A stretch of DNA of 64,000 nucleotides from Nitrospirota bacterium (lineage in GTDB: Bacteria; Nitrospirota; UBA9217): positions 32,779 to 96,778 of the forward strand of contig DATJAO010000060.1 of the NCBI GenBank assembly GCA_035516175.1, in the 5' to 3' direction. Positions 40,013 to 49,844 of this stretch are shown here, piece after piece. The notes beneath the pieces were generated by a model. It did not search any database and was not told the DNA's origin. It saw nothing but the letters and a program-made list of their open reading frames with translations. How positions within the stretch are numbered: position 1 is the stretch's first letter; each line of letters begins with the position of its first letter. Position numbers and translations under genes: made by a program.

Positions 40013-41257
40013 CTAATTCATCCCTCCGTATGAATGGAGGCCGGAAAGCACCAGATTCACCCCCAGATACGTGAATATGACCGCCAGGAAACCGACCGCC
40101 GAAATCACAGCCATCTGAGTGCCCTTCCATCCGCGAACATACCGGGCATGAAGATAGATGGCATAGATGAACCAGGTGATGAGCGACCATGTCTCTTTGG
40201 GGTCCCAGCCCCAATAGGTGCCCCATGCGCTGTTCGCCCAGACCGCTCCAGTGATGATACCGCCGGTAAGGAGGGGCCATCCAATGGCGATCATGCGGTA
40301 GGTCACATCATCGAGCTGGTCTTGGGCTGGCATATACTGCTTCAGCAGGTTTTTGAGCCTCATTCCCTGCGACCATACGAGGCCGAACAGCCCCATAACG
40401 GCCGCCCAACTGACGAGAACGATGCTTATCGAGGAATTGAGAAAAGTCGATTCGAACATGTGTTTTTTGAACGACTCCCCTGCGGCAAGGTGCTTCAAGG
40501 TAATCAAATAGAAAAAATCGATAGCCATTGCCGCAAGCAGCCCAATTGCCAGGGTCACGCAGAGCGACCAGAACAGAAAGACCTGAGGTCTGTTCTTCGC
40601 CCCTGCCACGATCAAGTAGATGAACCATATAAGTATGAGCACGCCAATCCCCATCCAGAACGCTGTCTTCATCCTCTCGCCAAGACCTGCCATGTAATAT
40701 CCGAGGAGAGCCAGGACCACGATCGCCCCTAAGGCATACAAGAGATTTACGGCGGGCCCTCTTTCCTCGGTATCCATAAGGAGATAGATCATGCTGATGG
40801 CAAATGCCACGCCGAATGCGGCGTAGCCCAGGAAGCTTATCATGACGTGGTAAAACAGCCAGTTGCTTTTTAGCGCCGGCACCAGAGGGGTGATCTCGGA
40901 ACTGACGCCGGAGACATTGATGAATGCAAGAGCAAGAAAGGCCACGGGCATCACGAATGCGCCGAATGCCCGCGTCTTGTACTTGAACTCAACGATGACG
41001 TAGATGAGCACCATACTCCAGGTGAAGAACACCAGTGATTCATAGAGATTGGACAGCGGCACCCTTCCGATATCCATCTGGTATGACTCGCGCCACCGCA
41101 GAAGCAGGGCTATGGTCTGGATGACAAGACCCAAATACGTGACGCCCGAGGCGGCCTTACCAATAACGTTCTTCTTGAACGCAAGGTAACTTATATAGAG
41201 CACCATGGCCACGAGATATGATAATGTCGCAATGTTAAAGAGTAAGGAGCTTTCCAT
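40013..41257 (-). CDS. ccsA: system II cytochrome c biogenesis protein CcsA/ResC
   Basis: Polytopic membrane protein carrying the WWD haem-handling motif WGTYWGWDPKETWSLITW. Confidence 0.9.
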   Translation of the reverse strand: MESSLLFNIATLSYLVAMVLYISYLAFKKNVIGKAASGVTYLGLVIQTIALLLRWRESYQMDIGRVPLSNLYESLVFFTWSMVLIYVIVEFKYKTRAFGAFVMPVAFLALAFINVSGVSSEITPLVPALKSNWLFYHVMISFLGYAAFGVAFAISMIYLLMDTEERGPAVNLLYALGAIVVLALLGYYMAGLGERMKTAFWMGIGVLILIWFIYLIVAGAKNRPQVFLFWSLCVTLAIGLLAAMAIDFFYLITLKHLAAGESFKKHMFESTFLNSSISIVLVSWAAVMGLFGLVWSQGMRLKNLLKQYMPAQDQLDDVTYRMIAIGWPLLTGGIITGAVWANSAWGTYWGWDPKETWSLITWFIYAIYLHARYVRGWKGTQMAVISAVGFLAVIFTYLGVNLVLSGLHSYGGMN

Positions 41258-41274
41258 CTATCCCTCCGAAAAAA

Positions 41275-42783
41275 TTATGCAGAAATATCTTCCACTATCT
41301 TATTGAATTCACGCTCAAATCCCAAGCGGTTTTTGCTGGCCGAACCGGCAACAGTGACCACGGTCTGGCCCTTCCGGTCCTGTATCCGTACCCAAAGCTT
41401 TTTATGAGAACCGAAGAACGCCACGAGCGGTCCTAAGCAGAGCATGATGAAGCCGGCATATACTATCCAGACGCCGGGGTCCTTGGTAACCTGGAGGCCC
41501 GTGTACCTTGTCCCCCAATAGCCCCGGTAGCTGATTATGTAATTCTCCGGCATGTCGGGCTGGCCGGGGTCGGTTTTCAACACGATGGTCTTATAAATCG
41601 GCGACTTGCCTTTGTATACTTCTATTTGAACTGCTGGATTAATGTACTCGTCGCGCTCACTTTGGTATAGCATCACTTCTCCCGTTGCGGGATTTCGGAG
41701 CGCGTAGGGTTCGAAATTGAGCACCTTGATTGTGCGGTCTATAGAAGGCACATAAATAGCCTGCCCTAGATCAAATGTGATTGTTTCACCACGAGCCTGG
41801 GGATCGTTTTTAGGACGGATGTTCAAAATGACCTTTCCATGCGCGTTCGGTAAGGTTCCGTAGCTCGACTGATAGAAGGTAATGCCTTGGTAGGTCAGCG
41901 GGTCGTTCACCCGAATGCGTTTATCGAAGATCTTCCGGCCATTCAGATCGAAAACGCTCAGGGTACTGTGATATTCCGAGGGCATGCCCGTCGGCATCCC
42001 CGAAGGGCTCACATAGTAGTCGACATCAAAACTATCACACCGCACAAAATAGCCGAGCGGCATGGCTGGTACGCCGGCCTCTGGGCTGAGAATCACCGGG
42101 CTCTCGGCGATGCCGAACGCGGCCATAAGCTTGTCCCACATGGGCTCGTTCCTGAGATAGACGACTTTCGTAGCCTCGCCCTCGGGCAGGTTCAGGAACG
42201 CTTTGAAACCGAAAAAGGCGCCAATCAAAGCACCTATGAAGATAAGCAGGATGCTGACATGGGTGATATACACGCCGAAACGGCTGAAGAGGCCTTTCTG
42301 CGTCATGAGGTGAAGTACGTCGGCCCCCCGGGATTCGACAATACGGTAACCCCGCGCCCGGATCACCTTCATTGCGTGTTCCCGGGCATTGTCCATGCCG
42401 CCTTTGAAGGATATCTCTTTTTTAAACGGCACAGCCTTCAACCCATCGTCCTCAATCGGTTTGAGCGGTGCCGTGACGATTTTCCAGGTGTGGGGAAACC
42501 GGTCGAGCGTGCAGATCGTGAGGTTTGCCGTCAACAGAAAAAGGAGGAGCACGAACCACCATGTGTGGTACATGTCGAAGAACCCGAGCATCTCGAATAT
42601 ATCCACCGTGGTCCTACTGTATTCCTGCAGATACGTCTCCGGTGCCTCATTTTGCTGGATCACCGTACCGATGACCGAAACGATCGCAAGAATGATGAGC
42701 AGCACAACGGCAAGCTTCACAGATGAAAAGAACTTCCAGACCTTCTCCGCAATGATATCTATGAACCCCTTTTTCTTTTCCAA
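41275..42783 (-). CDS. resB: system II cytochrome c biogenesis protein ResB/CcsB
   Basis: ResB-like N-terminus (FFSSVKLAVVLLIILAIVSVIGTVIQQ) and a large periplasmic domain. TTG start 7 nt after GGGAGG. Directly upstream of ccsA. Confidence 0.88.
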   Translation of the reverse strand: MEKKKGFIDIIAEKVWKFFSSVKLAVVLLIILAIVSVIGTVIQQNEAPETYLQEYSRTTVDIFEMLGFFDMYHTWWFVLLLFLLTANLTICTLDRFPHTWKIVTAPLKPIEDDGLKAVPFKKEISFKGGMDNAREHAMKVIRARGYRIVESRGADVLHLMTQKGLFSRFGVYITHVSILLIFIGALIGAFFGFKAFLNLPEGEATKVVYLRNEPMWDKLMAAFGIAESPVILSPEAGVPAMPLGYFVRCDSFDVDYYVSPSGMPTGMPSEYHSTLSVFDLNGRKIFDKRIRVNDPLTYQGITFYQSSYGTLPNAHGKVILNIRPKNDPQARGETITFDLGQAIYVPSIDRTIKVLNFEPYALRNPATGEVMLYQSERDEYINPAVQIEVYKGKSPIYKTIVLKTDPGQPDMPENYIISYRGYWGTRYTGLQVTKDPGVWIVYAGFIMLCLGPLVAFFGSHKKLWVRIQDRKGQTVVTVAGSASKNRLGFEREFNKIVEDISA

Positions 42784-42956
42784 CGATCAACCTCCCGAAA
42801 GCAAGCACAGTTCGATTAAATTAGCACATTGGTATGAGTGCTGTCAAGGTGTTTTACATTTGCTGCTCCCGCTCTCGGCACCTTTGGCAGGGCATTTTTC
42901 TGAAGGATCACCAGGACGGAATGCGTACAGAGAACTATGCGGGGCCCTTCTGGACG

Positions 42957-43175
42957 TTATTCATCGAGCAGCTTATATCCAAGCTTCTCGATACTGTCCT
43001 TTGAAAGCTTCCTCAGAAAATCTTCTGCGATCTTTGAAGAATCATAGCCGATCTCTATCTTCCCATTTTGGACCTCTATCGATTCCACGCCCTCCATCCC
43101 TCCGATGAATCTGCGGAGCGCGAGAGAGCATTCCTCGCAGAACTGCTTCTGAACATTCAGGGACACTTTGCTCAT
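42957..43175 (-). CDS. small HMA-like (ferredoxin-fold) protein with CEEC motif
   Basis: 72 aa. VSLNVQKQFCEECSLALRRFIGGMEGVESIEVQNGKIEIGYD follows the HMA beta-alpha-beta-beta pattern. AGGGGGG RBS. Lies 173 nt upstream of resB on the same strand. Confidence 0.5.
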   Translation of the reverse strand: MSKVSLNVQKQFCEECSLALRRFIGGMEGVESIEVQNGKIEIGYDSSKIAEDFLRKLSKDSIEKLGYKLLDE

Positions 43176-43506
43176 GATTGCCCCCCTTTTCATTATAATA
43201 TATTATACTGCAGAATCTGCTCTTAGAAAACAGAACATTGCAGAGCGAAGAGATTTGTTCATTTTATTCTTTTGATATCCTTTACTAAGATGTGCGCCAG
43301 ATCGCCGTCATGATGCAATATTTCTAATGCTGACGAACTCCTTACCATATTCAGCATGCACAAGCAGATTATGCTGGCACGCATCGATGTCGAAAGCAGT
43401 GTGCAAGAAGTCCTGACCAAGGAACGACTCGATGAGCTCAAGCGGATGGTACCACAGCCAGCGGGAAGGGCGCCTGTGGTGCGGGGCAAAGGTACGTTAT
43501 ATCTTT

Positions 43507-44826
43507 TCACAACAAAGTTGCTGCAAGTTCCGCAAGATCAGAGCGTTCGCCCTTTACGAGCGTGATGTGGCCGGCGATGGACTCTTCCTTGAAACGGTCC
43601 ACGACGAAAGAAAGACCATTGCTACTGGAATCGATGTATGGGTTATCTATTTGCCCTGGATCACCAGTGAGTATCACTTTAGTTCCCTCGCCCGCACGAG
43701 TGATGATCGTTTTAATCTCGTGAGGCGTAAGGTTCTGGGCCTCGTCCACAATAAGATACTGGTTCGGCATGCTCCGTCCACGAATATAGGTAAGCGGTTC
43801 CACCTCGATCATACCGAGGTCGAAGAGGCTCTGAAGGTCTTTCTTGCCTTTGACCCGCCCAGGTCCAGCCGAAGAGCCCACGAGGAAGTCGAGGTTATCG
43901 CGGATGGGTTGCATCCAAGGCCGGAGCTTCTCCTCGATGTCGCCGGGCAAATACCCGATGTCCTTGCCAAGCGGGAACACAGGGCGCGAAACCACAAGCC
44001 GCTGGTACGCCCGGCTCTCAATTGTCCTTTCAAGGCCTGCGGCTAACGCTAGGAGCGTCTTGCCAGTACCGGCCCTACCCACGAGCGTCACTAGATTGAT
44101 TTCGTCGTTCAGGAGCAGATCGAGGGCAAACTGCTGCTGTTTGTTCCGAGCATTAATTCCCCACACACCGTGTTTGACGTTCACGATGGGAACGAGGACG
44201 TTCTTTTGCTGTTGATACCTCGCTAATGCCGTTTGTGATGCATTGGCTTTGTTCTTGAGCAATACAAACTCATTCGGAAAAAGCTTCTGACCAGGAGGAG
44301 GTGCAAATTCTCCCCTTGCGTAAAATTCATCGATTGTCCCGGGCTCTAACTCTAATTCCGTCTCTCCTGAATAAAGCTCGTCAAGTACAATATTGTCTGA
44401 CTCATAATCTTCCGCTTTCAGACCGAGAGCGTCGGCCTTGATACGGAGGTTCGTGTCCTTGGTCACGAGCACCACTGGCTTCTTGTCGTGCAGCAGATTG
44501 AGCGCGATAGAGAGAATGCGATTGTCCGCCTTCGTCGCAATTAGCTCATTCGGCAGGCGTTCAGACGATTGGTGGTTGAGTTCGACGCATAAGCTCCCCC
44601 CACCTTTGAGTTCGACTCCCTGAGAAAGCTTTCCTTTATGCCGCAGTTCATCGAGGATTCTCGAGACTTGACGCGCGTTTCTCCCAATTTCGTCTATCCC
44701 CTTTTTAAACTTGTCCAGTTCCTCGATCACGACAATTGGAACGATCACATCATTTTCCTCAAAGGAAAAAATCGCATTAGGGTCATGTAGCAGGACATTG
44801 GTATCAATTACGAATGTTTTTTTCAT
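43507..44826 (-). CDS. PhoH2-type protein (N-terminal PIN domain + PhoH ATPase)
   Basis: The PIN N-terminus reads FVIDTNVLLHDP..VIVPIVVIEELD. The Walker A motif reads GRAGTGKTLLALAAGL. Confidence 0.88.
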   Translation of the reverse strand: MKKTFVIDTNVLLHDPNAIFSFEENDVIVPIVVIEELDKFKKGIDEIGRNARQVSRILDELRHKGKLSQGVELKGGGSLCVELNHQSSERLPNELIATKADNRILSIALNLLHDKKPVVLVTKDTNLRIKADALGLKAEDYESDNIVLDELYSGETELELEPGTIDEFYARGEFAPPPGQKLFPNEFVLLKNKANASQTALARYQQQKNVLVPIVNVKHGVWGINARNKQQQFALDLLLNDEINLVTLVGRAGTGKTLLALAAGLERTIESRAYQRLVVSRPVFPLGKDIGYLPGDIEEKLRPWMQPIRDNLDFLVGSSAGPGRVKGKKDLQSLFDLGMIEVEPLTYIRGRSMPNQYLIVDEAQNLTPHEIKTIITRAGEGTKVILTGDPGQIDNPYIDSSSNGLSFVVDRFKEESIAGHITLVKGERSDLAELAATLL

Positions 44827-44830
44827 AATT

Positions 44831-45221
44831 TCACCGCTTTCTTAATTCCGTAATAGTGCACTTCTTTTGCATCATTCTCGTACCGCAATGCTGTTGAAAG
44901 TGACGAAATCCATTTAGTCTTTTTAGAGCCAGATATACTGTTGTGGTTAAATAAAGCGACCACATGGATTGAGATAGGAAAATATTACAATAATAGCAGA
45001 TAGTTTTGAGCAATCTCTTATTTTCCCCCAGGATTGCAACAGGCCGATCCCGTCCATCTTTTTGAGAAGGATATCCGAGACGATCAGATTGTAATGACCG
45101 GGCAACTTGAACAGTGCATCTTCTGCGCTCCTGACCTCATCGACTGTATGCTCGTCATCCATAGCACTTCACGAAGTGTATTCCTGACCGCGTCGTCATC
45201 CTCCGCAAGGAGTATTTTCAC
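44831..45221 (-). pseudogene. decayed CheY-like response-regulator receiver gene (at least 1, probably 2 frameshifts)
   Basis: A GTG at 45221, right after the tsaC TGA, opens MKILLAEDDDAVRNTLREVL. The receiver sequence continues in the -1 frame (ORF 44947..45162: DDEHTVDEVRSAEDALFKLPGHYNLIVSDILLKKMDGIGLLQ...AIIVIFSY). It probably continues again in a third frame (ORF 44831..45013: ...VYLALKRLNGFRHFQQH...), which ends 5 nt before the phoH2 ATG. Confidence 0.55.
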
Positions 45222-45851
45222 TCATCCTCCTAAGAGGAGGTCTTTAAGCGGGAGTGCTCCCTCACGTAGCACAATCGGTTGACCGGTACTTACATCCACC
45301 ACGGTCGAAGGCCAGCCGCCGGCGGTCCTGCCTCCGTCGAGGATGAGGTCGACCGTATCCCCAAGCGAAGCCGCTGCCCCTTCTGCCGTCTGCGGACTCG
45401 ATTCTCCCGCGACATTTGCGCTCGTGCCCGTCAGCGCGATTCCCAGAAAATCGAGCAGGCCACGGGTAAGCTCGTTCCCAGGGACTCTGAGCCCGATTGT
45501 GCCCGTTCCCGCGGTAAGCTCGCTGAGCACGTCCGCCCCGGCCTTAAATACGAGCGTGAGCGGCCCCGGCCAGAACGTCTTCATGAGATTCTCGGATGCA
45601 GGGTTGATCTCTGCCGTCCACATTTTGACATCGTCTGCTTTTGCTATCAGAAGCAATATGGGCTGATCAACCTTCCTGCCTTTGATCTCAAAGAGCCTCT
45701 TCACCGCAACAGGATTTTTCGGATCAGCGCCGAGCCCATAAAACGTATCTGTCGGATACGCGATCACCCCGCCACGGGATATCACGTTCCTGCAGCGAGA
45801 GAACGCAGACTGAGGATGTGCAGGGTCAATCTTGATTATCTCCGCGGTCAT
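45222..45851 (-). CDS. tsaC: L-threonylcarbamoyladenylate synthase (Sua5/YrdC/YciO family)
   Basis: GGVIAYPTDTFYGLGADP, KGRKVDQPILLL and SANVAGE motifs. Confidence 0.88.
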   Translation of the reverse strand: MTAEIIKIDPAHPQSAFSRCRNVISRGGVIAYPTDTFYGLGADPKNPVAVKRLFEIKGRKVDQPILLLIAKADDVKMWTAEINPASENLMKTFWPGPLTLVFKAGADVLSELTAGTGTIGLRVPGNELTRGLLDFLGIALTGTSANVAGESSPQTAEGAAASLGDTVDLILDGGRTAGGWPSTVVDVSTGQPIVLREGALPLKDLLLGG

Positions 45852-45926
45852 TTCTCACCCAAGCGGGGTTCGCATGCGGAATTGCCATAATCTCAATTAA
45901 TTCTTCTTACTCCACACCCCGCACTT

Positions 45927-46778
45927 TTACTTGTTCCCTATCAGCACGATATCCCCATTTTCTCTGTTGAGGACCCTGGCCACGACCGGGCATTTGACCT
46001 TAAAAAGGAAGAATGTCCGGGCATCTTTCTCTTGCACAAGCGTTTCGAAATTGGCTTGTCCCTTGCTTATGATCAGATCAGCCGACCGGTATGCGTCTAT
46101 GAACTGCTGAGAGCATGCCTCAAGCAGCGTACCGATGCCATCATTGCCATTATCGATGACCACCGCACACTCCGCGAGCCCTGCGGCAGTGGCATCGTCA
46201 CGCGTGGCATCGTTGATCACCGGAGAACCCTTGACCACAGCGGTCACGTCCTTTCCCCTGTCGCGCAGCGTCTCGATCAGGACACGGTCGAACACGATCT
46301 CTCCCGCGTTATCGCAAAGAAAGAGGATTCGCCGAGCGCCGGCTGCGGCCTGTGCAAAATTATGGTAGTCGCTTGAGGACAAGGGCAGGAGAAACGATTC
46401 TGACAGGGAGCGGTCCAAATCAAAGGTCTCGTAAATTCCGAAGTCGATCACATTCCCGGCTATAGCGATGCGCACGCCGCCTTCGAGACGGTCGGGAGTT
46501 TCAGCAGCCATCCTCCTGAGTCGCGTCAGCCGTTCGAGGGCAATGCGATTATAGGAGTCCTTCACCTGTTTATACGGATCTACACCGGTCTCCTCGCGCA
46601 GGATCCGATGGATAAGCGTGGTGGTCCGCGCAGGAACCTCATCTAAAGAAGCGCGCTCGATGATCTCCTCGGCCTTGCGGAGAATGCTGCGTCCGCGGTC
46701 GCCGTTCACTCCTGCGTAATTCAACGTACGCGTTATCTGCCCAAAAAAGCATGGCAGGCACTCAAGCTCGGTCTTCAC
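45927..46778 (-). CDS. DUF89 / ARMT1-like damage-control phosphatase family protein
   Basis: ECLPCFFGQ N-terminus, CDNAGEIVFD and SKGQANFE motifs. Start proposed at GTG 46778, which overlaps the purE stop (GTGA). Confidence 0.7.
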   Translation of the reverse strand: MKTELECLPCFFGQITRTLNYAGVNGDRGRSILRKAEEIIERASLDEVPARTTTLIHRILREETGVDPYKQVKDSYNRIALERLTRLRRMAAETPDRLEGGVRIAIAGNVIDFGIYETFDLDRSLSESFLLPLSSSDYHNFAQAAAGARRILFLCDNAGEIVFDRVLIETLRDRGKDVTAVVKGSPVINDATRDDATAAGLAECAVVIDNGNDGIGTLLEACSQQFIDAYRSADLIISKGQANFETLVQEKDARTFFLFKVKCPVVARVLNRENGDIVLIGNK

Positions 46779-47398
46779 AATGCCGGACCCTGTGCCGGGG
46801 TGGAGCCGCCTGGTTTCTTCTTCCACCGCCTCCGTCTGGATTTCTTCTTTGCCGAGGGGACCTCGGTAGCAACCATCTCCCGGGGAGGAGCCACTGCCGC
46901 AGAAATCGCAACAAGCCGCTTGGCCTTTTCCTCCACGTCACGCTCCATCTCTACCTTGAAGACCTTAAGGCGATTGGCTACCTTTACGTCTCCTACGGCG
47001 ATGATCTGCGCCGCAAAAACTCCGGCGTTCTTTGCACCGGCCTTGCCGAGCGACATAGTTGCAACGGGCACACCGCCGGGCATCTGCGCCACGGACAGCA
47101 GCGCATCAATCCCCTTGAGCGGCGAAGAATCGATCGGCACGCCGATCACCGGCAGCGTTGTCTGTGATGCGACCACACCGGCTAGGTGCGCGGCCCATCC
47201 CGCGCCGGCGATGATCACCTTGAGGCCGCGCCGCTCTGCACTCTGGCTATATTCGTGCACCTTTTTCGGCGTACGGTGCGCCGATGCGATCGTCATCTCG
47301 TATTCAACGCCGAACTCCTGGAGCATCGCAGCTGCTTCCTGCATTACCGGCAGGTCAGAATCGCTTCCCATCAATATTCCTACGGCTGGTTTCCCCAT
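46775..47398 (-). CDS. purE: 5-(carboxyamino)imidazole ribonucleotide mutase with unusual basic C-terminal extension
   Basis: VGILMGSDSDLPVM, ASAHRTP, AGGAAHLAG-like (AGWAAHLAG) and GVPVATM motifs. 207 aa, versus about 165 typical. Confidence 0.9.
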   Translation of the reverse strand: MGKPAVGILMGSDSDLPVMQEAAAMLQEFGVEYEMTIASAHRTPKKVHEYSQSAERRGLKVIIAGAGWAAHLAGVVASQTTLPVIGVPIDSSPLKGIDALLSVAQMPGGVPVATMSLGKAGAKNAGVFAAQIIAVGDVKVANRLKVFKVEMERDVEEKAKRLVAISAAVAPPREMVATEVPSAKKKSRRRRWKKKPGGSTPAQGPAL

Positions 47399-47520
47399 GA
47401 TGAACTCCCTTCATCAAAAAACAATGTTGAAAATTGAAGATTGAAAATTTGAATCTGCAAATGCCGATACATTTGCACGTTACATTTTCCAATTTACGAT
47501 TTTTAATGCTCTTAGGAACT

Positions 47521-48798
47521 TCAGCTCCCTGTCTCGAGCGCCCGCGCGCCGATATCCCGGCGGTAGTGAGCACCATCAAAAGATATCTCCCGCACCCCAG
47601 CATAGGCATTGTCGATGGCCGCGGCAACCACGGCCCCCAGACCAGTGACCCCGAGCACCCTGCCGCCGTCGGTCACGATTGTGCTGTCCTTCATCGACGT
47701 CCCCGAATGAAAGACCATGACATTCTTGTGTCCTGCGGCCTTCTCGAGTCCCTTGATTTCCTTACCCTTCTCGTATTTACCTGGATACCCGCCCGATGCC
47801 ATGATAACGCACACCGCGGATTCCGGTTTCCACTTAATGTCTATCTTCGTGAGCTTCCCGGCGAGGATGGCCTCTATGATCTCGATGAGATCGGTGTCAA
47901 GCCGCGCCATGACCGGCTGCGTCTCCGGGTCTCCGAACCTCGCATTGAACTCGAGCACTTTTACTTCACTGTCATGGATCATGAGGCCAGCATACAGAAC
48001 GCCTTTGAACGGCCTTCCTTCCTTCTCCATTGCCCGCACCGTCGGGACCATGATCGTCTCCATGATCTTCCGCTCGAGCTTTTTGGTCACGATCGGTGCC
48101 GGCGAATAGGCGCCCATGCCGCCGGTGTTCGGGCCCTTATCAGCGTCGAACACGCGCTTGTGGTCCTGCGAAGACGCCATGGGGGCCACGCCCTTGCCGT
48201 CGGTGAAGGCCATGAACGATGCCTCTTCTCCCTTCAAGCATTCCTCGACCACCACGCGGTCTCCCGCTGCGCCGAAAGCCTTCTGGGACATGATCAAGTC
48301 CAGCGCCTTGAGCGCCTCGGCCACGGTCTCGGCAACCACGACGCCCTTTCCCGCAGCCAACCCGTCGGCCTTCACCACGATTGGAGCGCCCTTTTCTAAG
48401 ATGTATGCCTCGGCCGTAGCCTTATCGGTAAAGACTCCATACTCCGCAGTCGGTATATGGTACTTCCTCATGAGGTCTTTGGAAAACTGTTTGCTCGCCT
48501 CTATCTCCGCGGCATCCCGGCTCGGACCGAAGATACGGAGGCCCGCATTCGTAAACTCATTCACGATGCCCATGGAAAGCGGTCCCTCAGGGCCCACAAT
48601 GGTAAGGTCGACAGCCGTTGCCCGGGCAAACGACAGCAGGGCCGGAATATCCTCGGCCTTGATTGGAGCACATTCCGCTATCTGCGCAATGCCCGCATTG
48701 CCCGGCGCTGCGTAGATCTTTGTGACCTTCGGACTCTGCGCAACCTTCCAGACGAGCGCGTGCTCCCTGCCGCCACCGCCTACGACGAGTACCTTCAT
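47521..48798 (-). CDS. purD: phosphoribosylamine-glycine ligase
   Basis: MKVLVVGGGGREHAL N-terminus and ATP-grasp domain. Confidence 0.93.
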   Translation of the reverse strand: MKVLVVGGGGREHALVWKVAQSPKVTKIYAAPGNAGIAQIAECAPIKAEDIPALLSFARATAVDLTIVGPEGPLSMGIVNEFTNAGLRIFGPSRDAAEIEASKQFSKDLMRKYHIPTAEYGVFTDKATAEAYILEKGAPIVVKADGLAAGKGVVVAETVAEALKALDLIMSQKAFGAAGDRVVVEECLKGEEASFMAFTDGKGVAPMASSQDHKRVFDADKGPNTGGMGAYSPAPIVTKKLERKIMETIMVPTVRAMEKEGRPFKGVLYAGLMIHDSEVKVLEFNARFGDPETQPVMARLDTDLIEIIEAILAGKLTKIDIKWKPESAVCVIMASGGYPGKYEKGKEIKGLEKAAGHKNVMVFHSGTSMKDSTIVTDGGRVLGVTGLGAVVAAAIDNAYAGVREISFDGAHYRRDIGARALETGS

Positions 48799-48921
48799 GC
48801 CTTACTCCTTTTGACCAAGGCAACCATGTTGCCGTTATCGCGTTACGTATCATGAATGAATCGGTTCGGTCACAACGAGCATAGGTAAGAAGCGCACGGC
48901 ACGCATCGTAATCTTCTACCC

Positions 48922-49755
48922 CTACTCTCTGCCCCGTGCTCTCTGCTGTCTGTCCAATTCTGCATTCATGCTTCCCGTCCGGTATCCCTCGAGGTCCAGG
49001 CAGACATAGGTATATCCGAGTCCCTTCAGTGCCGACGTGACCTTCTCAGCCGTTTCATTTGAAAAGAGCTGCCCAAAAGCCTCACGGTCAATCTCTATTC
49101 TCGCTATATTGCCGTGATGACGCACACGCACCTGCCGTAACCCGAGAACGTGCAGATGATCCTCGGCGTTCTTTACGGTCTCAATAATGTCTGGGGTGAT
49201 CCTCGTGCCGTACGGAATACGAGAGGAAAAACAGGCAAGCGACGGTTTGTCCCACACGGGGAGGTTTAAAAATCGCGCGAGTTCGCGGACATCGGATTTG
49301 GACAGTCCTGTTTCCACAAGCGGGCTCCTGACAGAAAACTCCTCAGCGGCCTTTCTGCCAGGGCGGTAGTCATCAAGATCGTCCGTGTTCGAACCGTCGA
49401 GTATGCAGGAAATACCTTCGGTCTCGGCAATCTTCTTCAGTTTTCCGTAAAGCTCTTTTTTGCAGAAATAGCAACGTTCCGGGGAATTCCGCACAAACTC
49501 TTCTGACGCAAGTTCCTGTGTACGGAGTATCCGGTGCGTCACACCCAGTGTGCGGGCAAACTCCTTCGCTGCTTCGAGTTCGCCGGGCGGATAGGTCTCG
49601 GAAACTGCAGTAATAGCTATCAAGCGAGGGCCCATGACCTCAGCCGTGGCCCTGAGCAAAAGAGAACTGTCCACGCCTCCGGAATAGGCGAGCACGGCAC
49701 ATTTCATACCCCGGAGCAGCGTTCTGAGACGGTCCCATTTTTGTTCTATCACCAT
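48922..49755 (-). CDS. larE: PP-loop ATP pyrophosphatase, LarE-like (TIGR00268 type)
   Basis: PP-loop AYSGGVDSS and conserved Cys context PSLACFSSRIPYG. Confidence 0.75.
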   Translation of the reverse strand: MVIEQKWDRLRTLLRGMKCAVLAYSGGVDSSLLLRATAEVMGPRLIAITAVSETYPPGELEAAKEFARTLGVTHRILRTQELASEEFVRNSPERCYFCKKELYGKLKKIAETEGISCILDGSNTDDLDDYRPGRKAAEEFSVRSPLVETGLSKSDVRELARFLNLPVWDKPSLACFSSRIPYGTRITPDIIETVKNAEDHLHVLGLRQVRVRHHGNIARIEIDREAFGQLFSNETAEKVTSALKGLGYTYVCLDLEGYRTGSMNAELDRQQRARGRE

Positions 49756-49844
49756 CTAAGCGATAATAACACAGCACGAACGGGAGTGTCAATAAAGTAC
49801 TTCTCAACCGCCTTTTTTCCACGTGTTCGAAACCCGGATAGTTG

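Noticed and set aside
43356-43565. 69-aa plus-strand ORF (…ARIDVESSVQEVLTKERLDELKRMV…) convergent with phoH2.
   Set aside because: It overlaps the phoH2 3' end by 59 nt and has no RBS and no family match. It is possibly a small protein but unsupported. The opposite-strand ORF 43259..43510 is equally unconvincing.
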